A DNA stretch of 57,728 nucleotides from Pelomyxa schiedti (taxonomy: Eukaryota > Protista > Evosea). Below are positions 46,693-57,728 of this stretch, piece after piece; the stretch's first letter is position 1; every line of letters starts with the position of its first letter. The notes beneath the pieces were generated by a model. It saw nothing but the letters and a program-made list of their open reading frames with translations. It was not told the DNA's origin and made no database searches. Location: positions 1 to 57,728 of the forward strand of contig JAHLWZ010000750.1 in assembly GCA_020536535.1 (NCBI GenBank). The letters are read 5' to 3'. A program made the position numbers and the translations under genes.

Positions 46693-49437
46693 ATGCTCCC
46701 CTTTGGAAGTGCCGATAACAATTCTCTAAGAACAACGTCGTCGATTTCGCGGTGTACTAGTAGTCTTAACAACCAAAGAACCCAACAACCACAATTCCCA
46801 CAGCAGGTGTCTACACCGAATTTCTATTCACCTTCTGTGGATATCCACATTTCAGCACAGCATTTTGCACCTGCATTTCATGCCCCGAACTCATGTAATA
46901 CTAGAAATACCAAACCCACCCCAGAATTCGGAGCTATGGATAGACTTGCGGCGTTCAATCAGCAATTTACTGTGTCTAAGAGTAGACAGCAACAAGAAGC
47001 TCCAACTCATGTGAATTCTTCTTATGATGATTCGCTTTCGTCTATCTCCGATTGTACTTCTACTTCTTCTACTTCTTCCCCCTCCTCAACTTCGTTCACT
47101 TCTAGTACAAGTTCCTCGTCATCACCCTTCTCTTCATCTTACTCGTTCTCTCCATCTTCCCCGTTTTCTCCTATTCCGCCGTGGCTCCAAGGTCCTAGAA
47201 ACGACTATCCTCAACAGCAACAGCAACAGGTGCAGAACCAGCAGCAGCCATGTGAAGAGTGGAAGCCAACTCCACTGTTCCGAACCTCTTCTGCACCGGA
47301 CCTGATGTATGGGGGTAACCCTTTCTCCCGCAATACAACCCCTTGCCCGTCTCTGTCACGGGCTACTGTCTCTCAGAGCCTAAGCTATTCTGGAGGACTT
47401 TCTTCCATGAGTGGAACTCAGCACCCTCTGGCTATGTCCACTACCCCCCCTTCATCTCCATCCCCAGCTGGAACTGCTCCTTCCACTCCTCTGATTATGT
47501 CTCCTGTCTCTCCTTCGAACATGAGCCCCGGAACCCCAATCGTTCCACCTTGTAACAGGTCCGGGACACCCCCACTGCCTGTGGATGAGTGTCCAGTGTC
47601 TCCTCAACCACCTGCCCTTTCTCCATCACCCCCGGTCCGTGATTCCTCGAATGCAACACCTACTTACACTTTAGGAGGCAGTACCGCTTCACTATCTTCA
47701 GCTTCCTTCCATCGGCCATCACCAGAGATGACTCCATCTGGCTTCTTTGCAACCCTATCACTGAATACTCCTCCTACAGTCAACACCTCCCAGGAAACTG
47801 GAGGAAGTGACTTCGTCTCATCCCTTTCCTCAGTAAAGGGGCGTCTCTTCTGTGACGAAGGTGATTATTCCACTTCGCCATTACCGTCTGCTAGAAAAAG
47901 CGGCAAAATCAGAAGATTGAAGAGTAAATCATCAGATGGCACTTCCACTCCATTCCGATCTTCTTCTATGAACAGAATTCCAATGGTTACACCCCCCACG
48001 CCACCTCTTGCTGCCAACCCACGAAGTATCGAGCCAATTCCTTTTGGGATAGCACCGCGCCGGCCGGCTTCTACCCCTCCAGCGGATGAGGATACCTGCT
48101 CTATGTCCAGAGAGAGAAGAGAGCCTCCCAGTCCTTACAAACCTTCTCCAAAATTGCGGTCCTCTGAGCCTATTTCCCACTGGGAGAAGCACAAGCTGCC
48201 TAGGTGCAGCAGTTACGATAGCCTCCTGCTGGAAGCACATGAGCCTCCACTTCAGTTTGTTCTCTCTTGTTTTTTCCTTGAAACCTCACACAATAAATAG
48301 GGCCATTCCATGCCCCCTGTTTTCGTCAAATAATACTTCATCTTCTATTCAAGGGATTCCAACATTCAGAGGCAAGGGTACTACAAATAATTGTGTATGA
48401 CTTTCATATTTCTTTTTTTTTTTTTTGTTCATTCTTTCTCAGATTTCACCAGAGACTTTGCGGGACCTTATCAAGGGGCTGTTTGGAGCCCATGTTCACA
48501 AAGTTGTGATCTTCGATTGCCGTTTTCCTTATGAATATGCTGGCGGTCACATAACTAATGCAATCAATCTCACCGGCAGCGGAGTAGAGGAAGTGTTGAA
48601 AACCTACTTCACAGAGGAAAAACTGGCCGAGGCAGATCAGGTCCGGAACTCTCAAATTCTCTTTTACTAGGATTTTCATGCATTGCACAGACCGCCATAG
48701 TGTTCCACTGCGAGTTTTCGCAGCAGCGAGGCCCTGCTGCCAAAAAGATTTTCTGTCAACTAGACTGTACCTATAATCAAGCCCGATACCCGTTACTCAG
48801 CTATAACAAGTGCTTCTTGCTTGAGGGAGGCTACCGCGAGTTCTTCCAGCTATTTCCAGTAACTGTCCTATCAAATTTTCTGTAATTCACAACCTAACAT
48901 CCAAATAAGAAACTCTGCGATGGAAACTATGTAAAAATGACAGATGACACTGAGGGCCTTAGGGGATGCATAAGGGGGAAAAGGGCGGATGCCATCAGAA
49001 GGACTGTGAGCCTCCAACAGCTTCGCAATCCCCGCGTAGCCCTACAAATTCCACCACATTCACACACCCCAGACCCAATTCCACAGTCACAGCCTTTCGT
49101 TGAGCCAGATAACCTTCCCTCAACAGGCCCAAGCAACCAAACACAAATATTTCCACAAGAGTTCCAGGCAGTTCCCCAGAATTCCGGAAATCATGCCATC
49201 CCAAAAGCCCTTCAATTCCAAGAACCAAACCAGGTCCCAATGGGACCACCACCAGCACCCTGTTCCATCCCAACCCATAACAACACCCAACAACAAAAAC
49301 CAGCTGTAATAGTACCACCCCAACCAAACCCTGATGTATTCCAATTTGGAGCCAACCAGCCCAGCCCTCCCACTCTCACATCGTCATCATCATGGAATCA
49401 ACAAACACTGCACAGGAGCCAGAGCACATTCTCGTAA
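46693..49437 (+). CDS. CDC25: Cdc25-family (rhodanese-fold) dual-specificity phosphatase
   Basis: SP/TP-rich regulatory N-terminus. Catalytic exons ISPETL, IFDCRFPYEYAGGHITNAIN, FHCEFSQQRGP (CX5R) and LLEGGYREFF. Confidence 0.92.
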
Positions 49438-49664
49438 TATGAAATGTACCTCTGGCACCCTCCACAAAACAAACAAACCAAAAAAAAACGCCAAACAAAA
49501 ACAAAACAAAAACAAAGAAAAAATGGAGGAGGCTAGGAAACACTCCTCAAAAAAAAAAAAGAAAATTTGTAGTTGATTTTTTTGTTTTATTTTCTTCTCT
49601 CTCTTGCCAAAAGAACAGCGCTAGAAGATAACAAGATATTATTGATAGTATTATTTTCTTCACT

Positions 49665-50887
49665 TCAAGAGGAAGATGACGTTGTGGTCTTGGTGACTGG
49701 TGCAACCGCGGTCCTGCGTGATTGTGAACGAAAGTGATTCAAAAAGCAAAACAAAGGAAACGAGAAAATATGGAGAGGAAGAAAGTACTTTGGGAGAGCG
49801 GGGGCATTAGCCAACTGATTGAACAACAGGCGTGAGTCAAAGTAGTATGATATGTCATACAACTTGCCCTNNNNNNNNNNNNNNNNNNNNNNNNNNNNNN
49901 NNNNNNNNNNNNNNNNNNNNNNNNNNNNNNNNNNNNNNNNNNNNNNNNNNNNNNNNNNNNNNNNNNNNNNAACAAAGGAAACGAGAAAATATGGAGAGGA
50001 AGAAAGTACTTTGGGAGAGCGGGGGCATTAGCCAACTGATTGAACAACAGGCGTGAGTCAAAGTAGTATGATATGTCATACAACTTGCCCTCTGTGTTGA
50101 TGCGGTTTATGCAAACACCAGACCAGAACACCTTGTTATAAAACGGTGAGTACGAGAACAGTGGGAGACATAGTTTATTATTATGAGTTGAAATGTATAC
50201 AAGTTCGCCGATTTCGTTTTGCAGTTTTGTTGTTGTAGTGCGGGTTTATATAGAATGGGATACCTTCTTGTGTGTGGGTTCGTAGCCGCGGTAAACGCCG
50301 TTGTGGGTTCCAGAGAAAGTCCAACGGATCACAAACGTAGAGTTTTGTTGGATAACCTAATTGGTAAAGTTAGACTCGCCGTTCATGTTTGTACAAAACA
50401 ATTTCCTTTTTATTTTATTTACGGATTTGATTTAATTTAATTTACCTCGTGGCAGACGTATTTGAGGTCAGGGAAAGCATTGAAAAGAGGGAGAACAAAC
50501 AAATTCTTGAACTCCTTAATTCCCTGCGTGTTGACAAGAGGGCCTCGGTTCACGCAGTCGAGAGAAAGCACGTCATCAACAACCCTACTATGGGTTAGTT
50601 CGTTTAGTCAAGTGATTATTATTATTACTATTATGCAAAGTGTAATCATTAAATGTACACAGCGGGGACCAACATACTTGAAGTTCTTGTTGTTCCACAA
50701 GTCTGAAAACAAAGGGCGTTAGTGGGTAATAAAGGAGAGGTGAGGTTTTCCAAAGTGAATGATGGGTGTTTGGTTTGGGTCAGTTGGGGCTTTGGTGCGC
50801 ACCGTTCAACATGTTGATGAGGACTTCTTGTGAGTTTGAGTTCACTTCGTCCTCGAGGGCGGCTGACTCTGGTATGTTTGGGTCCAT
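49665..50887 (-). CDS. SnoaL-like ester/polyketide cyclase (NTF2-like fold), six exons
   Basis: Manual splicing: MDPNIPES..MLN|DLWNNKNF|NRVVDDVLSLDCVNRGP..GIKEFK..FNAFPDLKYVCHE|VIQQNSTFVIRWTFSGTHNGVYRGYEPTHKK|VFWSGVCINRINTEGKLYDISYYFDSRLLFNQL. This matches the SnoaL pattern AFPDL / RWT..GTH.G...G..PT.K.V / GK / D...L..QL. Confidence 0.85.
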
Positions 50888-51112
50888 CTCCTCAGCTGTG
50901 TTGGTTGTTTTTGTTTTTTATTTTTTTGTTTAATTTTTCTCCTTTTTGTCGGTTCCTCTAGAGAGGCGTTTAAAGAAAAACCAGTTCTTAGAATCGGCCT
51001 GACCTCAGGTCATAGCCGTGTGGCTCCACTCACTTCCACTTGGTCCTCTTCTCGATAGAAAGGGCTTGCTAATCCCATTTCAGAATCTCACAGGCAATTC
51101 AAGATTCGCAAA

Positions 51113-53610
51113 ATGCAATCAGAGGCAGGTGATGACGCCGCTGGTGCTGTTGATTGGCCACAACAACACTCCAACAATGTGACAGCAGCGCCCGTAGATC
51201 CACAGCCCACGACTTCCGCCTTCGACGGCGCCTCCGCCGCGCCCCCCGAGGAGGGCGGCGCCGACGCGTCGTGCTGCGAGAACAACATCGACACGGACGA
51301 AGAGGCGTTCCGCGCCAACCTGGCGGTGCCGCAGGGCAGATCCGAAGGCGATGGGGATGACGACGACGACGACGATGATGCCAACACGGGAAGGAGGCCC
51401 GACGACCACGACGGCGGCTACGGCAGCGAGGAGCCGGATCTGTTGGACTCCTCTGACGGTGGCTCAAGTGGTGGTGGTGCCGTCAATCACGGGGATGGTG
51501 AGTATTGGGATGGAGACGACTATGATGACGGGTACGCCGATGAGGAGTACTACAACCACATGCAACATAGTCCGGCAACTAGTGACTCGCGGGAGGAGGA
51601 CGAGAACCAGAACCAGAACCACTACCACGACCGGGGGCTGGGCTACAGATATGGCGATGGCGATGTCGATGTCGATGTCGATGTTGATGGTGATGGTGAT
51701 GGTGACGGTACTGGCCCTGACACTCACCCGCCACCCCCCCGCGAGGCACATCGAGGGGAGAACGGCCGCAGCGGTGGAGGTGGTCCTGGTTCTTATGGTG
51801 ATGATGATGATGGTGATGGTGATTACGGGGGTGGCGCCACTGCTGCTAACGCTGGCGACGACTCCCAGACTGATGCTGAGGATGAGGACGAGAACGCGAG
51901 CTTCGAGGCGCTGGAGAGGGCTCTGGCGGAGTTCTCGGGTGGTAGAGGTGCAGCGAGCACGTCCGCGCACAGCTACGCGTCGTCGTCCGAGGAAGAAGGA
52001 GAGCCGCCGCCGCCACAGCAGCAGCAGCAGCAGCAGCAGCAGGAGGGGTCCCAGGACGCTTTTCTCGATGACCTCCCAGTGCTGCAGGAAGACCAGGGGA
52101 CACAGCAGCAGACAGGGACTGGTGAACCTGGGGGACGCCGGCGCACAAGGGGGCTGAGGATGGTTATGGAAATTACGCCTGTAGTTGTTGTTCCACGCGG
52201 GACGGACCCTGCGAGAGTGACGGAAGCCACCTCTCAACAGGAGATAGTATCTTCCGCTCTTCGAGCTCTTCAGAGGTTTATTGGCAGTGGAGGTGCCAGT
52301 ACTGGAGGAATTGCTGTATTGTCTTCGGGATCCCATTCTGCTCTTCCTGGCAATATGCGTTCTAATACTGTAAGCCCGATGGAATCTCTTTCAGGGTCTG
52401 GCTTTCTTGTTCCTGAAAACCAGGATGTAAGCAGTCTCCGCGATATTCATCTGCCTGGTGGCAGTCGACCAAGTCTTTCCAGCATTCTGAGTTCGATAAC
52501 CAGAAGTGCACAAACCTCAGGAGCCACATCACAACCAAGACCAACTGACACCGTAACTGACAGTGCATCTGAAGTCAATAATACTGATACACCTTCAGCA
52601 ACGCAAACACATACTGCTAACACCTCATCTCCCACAACTACACCCACAGAGGGCCACACCCCACCATCAGAAGGCAACTTCGAATATCGAGTGCAAACTC
52701 CAGTATATGTTGTTGTTGCTGAAATCCGTCTCCCTGCAAGCGAGTCTACCAGTGGTACTGCTACACCAGACTCACAACCGGGAGTCTCTCCGGGAATTAC
52801 TTTATCTGGAGACCGTCTTGGCCAAGTCAGACAAGCTCTTACAAGACTTGCATTGTCTCGGCTGGCACAGCGTTTGAGAAGGCTGAGTGGAGGGTCAACT
52901 GAACAAACACAAACTCCGGAAACGGAAGGTGTAGGAGACTATGCATTGACAGATGATGAATTTGAAAGAATCCTGGACAGACTGTTCCATGGGGCACAGC
53001 ATGACGGGCCTCCACCAGCATCACCTCAAGCTATTGCAACTATGCTGCAGTCAGTTTGCGTGTCACAAGACGCTGTTGGTAAGTTATTATGAGTTAAGTT
53101 TAGCTACTTATATAACCACAGATCATGGCGAACAGTGTGCTGTGTGCCGGGAGGAGTTAACCTTATCTGAAACTGTTTCCTGTTTACCTTGTAAGCATCT
53201 CTACCACGACGAGTGTATAAAACCATGGCTAGCACTGGTATTACTCCCCGCATTCCAACACAAAGCACTAACGTTTGCCACAGCACAACAGCTGTCCGTG
53301 CTGCCGATCACAGCTTCCAACTCCGCCAGCGAGCGACGAGAAGTGCCCAACCACGCCGGCCGATTCTGACCCAGCATCAACAACACCGCTACCGGAACCC
53401 ACAACAATACTACCAACAGAACACCCTCCGCAACACTCAACAACACCACTACCGGGGATACCGGAACCCATTACAACCACCACACCGATACCTGTGGATA
53501 CCACCCTTACAACAACCACTGAGCATTTGCCTGGCCTAAGTCAAGTGTTGAGTGAGGCCGAGGCTGATAGCACAACTAACCACAGTGCCCCTTCAGCAGG
53601 CACTCATTGA
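51113..53610 (+). CDS. RING-H2 E3 ubiquitin ligase (RNF115/126-like C-terminus) with long acidic N-terminus
   Basis: GDYAL..FERILDRLF..GPPPASPQAI followed by CAVCREEL..LPCKHLYHDECIKPWLAL|HNSCPCCRSQLP over two introns. Confidence 0.88.
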
Positions 53611-53815
53611 CAGTAGAACATGAACCCTATCACGATTCCAACCCAAAACTCCCTCTCCCTCTTGTTGTGTTTGTCATGTAAATAGCATGCCCTTCTATTC
53701 GTCTGTATCATTTCTTTCGTGCTAATGGTGTGGTACATTGACATCAAGTCCCTGCACGTAACATCCTCGGATGCCGAAGATCATTACGCATAAAAAATTT
53801 ACGCAAACAATCAAC

Positions 53816-56800
53816 ATGGATGCGGCACTGCGTGGTATGATGAAAGGTATGGCCTCCCCGGAACAGAAAAGCTAACGCGTTTATGTTTAATTCGGGTTTC
53901 TCTGTAAGTTGCTTATTTTTTCCCCCGTTTTGTATTGCAGATCCCAGGGTGTGCGTTTATTTCGCGTATCGAACGACGCAAAACAAAGACTCACAAATAA
54001 ACTCTTAACGTTAGAAGGTAATTTTAAAATCTCCAATAGAAGAAGAAAGCGACCCCTCAGAAGGCCAACCAGACTTCTGCAGCTCCTGCCGCCTCTCCTC
54101 CCCCAAAGGCTAAGAAGGGAACTAATGATACACCTTCTACTGAAACCCCGAAGAAGGTTTTTCCCAATCCTTCCCATCACATATATTTCACTTATGTATA
54201 AATAAGAGCAAAGACGACTCTCAAGACCAACACGGTGAGCGGTGCACTCTCTTCCCGAAGCCTTACATCCTTTTTAAGGATTTGGATTTATGAAATCTCT
54301 TGCGCCGACTATTCACCTCCCCAGTGCACTAGTCACCGGTAGCACAGAAAGGACAGAAAGAGGATCCCTTGACCTTCACCGATCGACTGAGAGTACTAAT
54401 AGCGCAGCCCACAATCACCCTTCTCCGACAGTCGGAGAAAATTCTTCCCAAGAGGAACTTCTCATTGAACAGCTCTCCATGCTCAAGAAGATGACTTCAC
54501 AATTGAACACGGAAAACGATTCCTTCAAAGAAGAAGTGACAACTCTGAAAGGAGAAATCTCGAAACTTCAGGAAACACTATTGCAAAAGGAGCAAGCCAT
54601 ACAAAAACTTCAACATGATATTGAACAACCAAAAAACCTAGAAAGTGTCCCAACAGCGGAGGAGGTTCTTTTTCTGAATGTTATTTCCCACAGTAACATT
54701 TAAACACTAAACCAGGCCGCAAAGCCGTCAGATCCAAGTATCTCTACAAGTGGTATGCCTGTTTCAGTTTCCACTGGGCTGGAACAAAAACTGCTTGATC
54801 TGGAATCAAAACTGGAGGAGCAAAAAGCACAAAACTCGAAGTTGGAGTCTGAGTTGCATGAAATACAGGAGCAGCATCAGCAAGATGTAATAACACGAGA
54901 AACACAGGTTGCCGCACAGGAGGCCTTTGTTAACCAACAATGGAGTGACAGAATGAGGGCCGAAGTTAACAAGGAGAGAGATAGAGTATCACTGGAATGC
55001 GGAGAGAGACATAAACAGGATAAACAGAATCTCGTAAAGGAATGGGAAACCAAGGTGCAGGATGAGATACAAAAAGAAGGAGAAAGAGTTACTGAGGTGT
55101 GGAAGGAAAAGTTGAGAGTTGTTGAAGAGCAGAAAGAACTTGAACGACAGAAGGTAATCAAAGATAACAAAAAGCATATGGAAGAAATGGAACTTGCTTT
55201 CAAATCAGAGAAGGAGCAGTTGTTGCAACACTGCACTGCTGAGAATAAGCGGGAGCAAGAGAGTTTGATTCGAGAATGGACTACTAAGCTCCAAGAATCT
55301 GTAGAAAGGGCCATGAGGCAGAAGGATGAGGAGTGGGAATCAAAGAGCCGAAGTGCAGAGGAGCTACACAAAGGGAAACTGGAGAAGTTAAATACTGAAT
55401 GGCTTACACAAATCAACCAACAAGCAACTGCACTTGAAACTGACAAGCAGAATGCGCTCAAGCAACAGGAGGCAGCACTCAGCGCCGAGAGGCAGAATGC
55501 GCTGGAACAGCAAAAGATTGCACTTGAATCAGAAAAAGTCAATGCACTTGAAAAGCAAGCACTTACACTCAACGCTGAGAAGCAAAGTACACTTGAAATT
55601 CAGGCAGCCGCCTTTGGTAAAGAAAAAGAGAACGCACTTAGAGACCAAGCAGTTGCACTCGATACAGAAAAGCAAAACGCACTTGGAAGACAAGCTGCTG
55701 AACTCAATGCCGAGAGGCTGAAAGACTTAGAACAAAAAGAGGTTGCACTCAGGAAAGAGCAACAGAAAGCACTGGAAGATCAAGAGAGTGCGCTCGGGAA
55801 GGAGAAGCAGGAGGCACTTGAAAAGCAAGAGACAACGCACAGGAACGAACTGCAGAAAGCACTTGAAGATCAAAAGAGTGCACTGCATGCAGATAAACAA
55901 AGTGCACTCGAAAAGCAAGCCAGTTCACTGGATGCAGAAAAACAAAGTGCGCTTCAGCAGCAAAGAAGCAGACTAGAGGAGGAAATGCAAAGTGCCCTGA
56001 AACTAACAGTACAGAATGAGAAGGATGAGAGAACTAAATTAGAGAAGGCAATGGAACAAGAAAAAGCTGGGGTTATTGCAGAATGGGGAAACAAAGTTCG
56101 GCTGCTTGAGCAAACTTTACACGAGGAAAAGCTTCACAATGAAGAAAATGTTTCAATTTTGGTTGCGGACTGGGCTTCCAGGGTGACTAAACTCGAAAAA
56201 CAAATGGAGCAAGACCAGTGCCAGCACCAAGTACGTATCCAGCAACTTGTGGGAGAATTGGAGGGAAAGTTAGCAGAGGAACTACGCAAAGCTGAAGAAG
56301 AGAGGAGGAGAGTCCTTAACGATTCTGAAACCCGATTGCAAGCAATGCAACGAGAAAAAGACACAGCTAAGGAGAAGATGGAAGCCCTCTATCGCGAGAA
56401 AATTGTTGCTCTAGAGAAAAAGATACAAGAGGAAATCGTGAGAGGGAATGAAAATGTGCGAACAGTTGAGAGCCGTGAAATGGTAGCAAAGGAGAAGTTG
56501 GAATCTGAATACAAAGAGAAAATTCGAGTAATGCAACAAAAATCAGAGGAAGACAGGAGACTGAGGGATGTTGAATGGAAGGAGAAGCTTGCCATCTCCC
56601 TGAAGTCTGAAAGAGAGCAAATGAACGCCTCCTGTATAGAGCAACTCCGTCAGCTTGAGAGGAAAGAAAAAGAAGCTAAAGACCAGGTTCTAGAGATGCT
56701 AAAAAGGAAAGAAGAAGAATTAGTAAACCAGAGAACCGAATTTGAAGCAACTTCCAGAAAGGAAAAAGAAACACACCTGCAAGAAGTAGAACGGGTCACA

Positions 56801-57728
56801 ACAGAGTGCCGTCAACGCGTAGAGCAATTTCAAATAGCTCTTGGCACAGAGGAAGCCAATAAATTGCAAACACTTACACTTCAGCTGGAAAAGACTAAGG
56901 AAGAAGACCGCACATACCACCGCGCTCAACTTTCTGCACTTGCAGAAGAGTGGAAGAAAAAAATGGGAGATCAAGTTACAAAAGCTACACTTCTGAAGGA
57001 AGAGTGGCAGAAGGAAGTTTTCGAGTTGAAGAAACAACTCACACAAGCACAAGATATCGCACAAGAATGGAAGCAAAAACTGACTGAAGTTGAGAGAGTT
57101 GGAAAAGAAAAAGAGAATCAGCTAATGGAAGAAAACGCCGAACTCAAGAGAGCTGGAAGTGAAATGGAACAGAAATTTGTCGAAGAGAAGTCAGGGTTGC
57201 TTGCCACAATCTCCTCCTTACAAACGGTTAAGGAAGAACTAGAAAAGAAAGCCAGGGAAGAGCGGTCCCAATTGCAGCAACCAACTTGTTTACTGAGTGA
57301 CTCGGGGGATGAATCCCAGCACAAGCAACACTTGCTGGAGTCGCAAATTGAGCAATACAAAGAACAACTGGCCAATGCGCAGCAGCAGCTCACTTTTCAG
57401 GTTATCATTCACAGCTTTTCTTCCTAACAGTTCCACAGTCCAAGACACTCGAATGTAACACCGAGCAGCTTTCGCTAATGGATAATCAAATGAACTCCAT
57501 GCGACAAGAACTCGCTAGTGTGAAGCAGCAGTTAGCAGCTGCCCAACAATCTCAATCTCACACACAGAGCTTTCCCCATCACACACGCACGGCAAGCAAC
57601 ACTACCGATAGCTCAACAAAAACATCGGCACCACTCTTACAAACAGTTGAACCCCAAACCTCCACTGCAGCAACACCAACTACTCCACCTACAACAATAC
57701 CAACACCAACGGCAACACCAACACCAGC
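53816..57728 (+). CDS. Large coiled-coil protein (multi-exon, runs off the window, start tentative)
   Basis: 890-aa E/K/Q-rich exon 54755-57427 plus upstream and downstream exons bounded by GT-AG. Confidence 0.75.
55439..55978 (+). repeat. 12 x 45-bp coding repeat (15-residue unit, xEKQxALExQxxAL)
   Basis: TDKQNALKQQEAALS / AERQNALEQQKIALE / SEKVNALEKQALTLN / ... / AEKQSALQQQRSRLE, 540 bp without indels. Confidence 0.8.

Noticed and set aside
19566-50091. Direct repeats flanking five N-gaps (19566-19686/19787-19907, 23805-23925/24026-24146, 37369-37489/37590-37710, 44071-44191/44292-44412, 49750-49870/49971-50091)
   Set aside because: Each is exactly 121 bp, identical, and abuts a 100-N spacer, and collapsing them restores the genes. 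These are unmerged contig overlaps, not LTRs, target-site duplications or real duplications.
33585-53610. Apparent clustering of ubiquitin-system genes (TRIM-like, E2, RING-H2) as a functional cluster
   Set aside because: Such genes are abundant in eukaryotic genomes and are interspersed here with unrelated housekeeping genes.

Overview
Gene-dense, intron-rich eukaryotic DNA (short GT-AG introns, mostly ~30-60 nt) from a draft scaffold with six 100-N gaps. The gene set suggests an amoebozoan protist. The 'DQFVAL..SHPRCG' family reminds me of Pelomyxa/Archamoebae proteins, but that is an unverified inference. The window has two parts. (1) About 1-26 kb is an accessory-like block in which every recognisable gene is on the minus strand: five copies of an intronless unknown 'HPRCG' family, two ankyrin-coiled coil-RING genes, two secreted beta-propeller-like genes, an atypical Ras-family gene, a MORN pseudogene, and an intron-rich modular-type type I polyketide synthase (KS-AT-KR-ACP-KS' fused to a thioesterase tail). 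This block shows microhomology-joined chimeras and CpG-to-TpG decay. (2) About 26-58 kb holds core-like genes: ankyrin/C2/RapGAP, SNAP-25-type SNARE, cornichon, RING-B-box-coiled coil-Sel1, a Cdc34/Ubc7-type E2 ending in a polybasic CaaX box, a GATA factor, eL19 with a long AAEKKP tail, tRNA-Pro(CGG), tRNA-His(GTG), Cdc25, a spliced SnoaL-like cyclase, a RING-H2 ligase and a large coiled-coil protein. The cornichon, SnoaL and GATA-finger calls only become recognisable after manual splicing. Five of the six gaps are flanked by exact 121-bp duplications, which are assembly artefacts.
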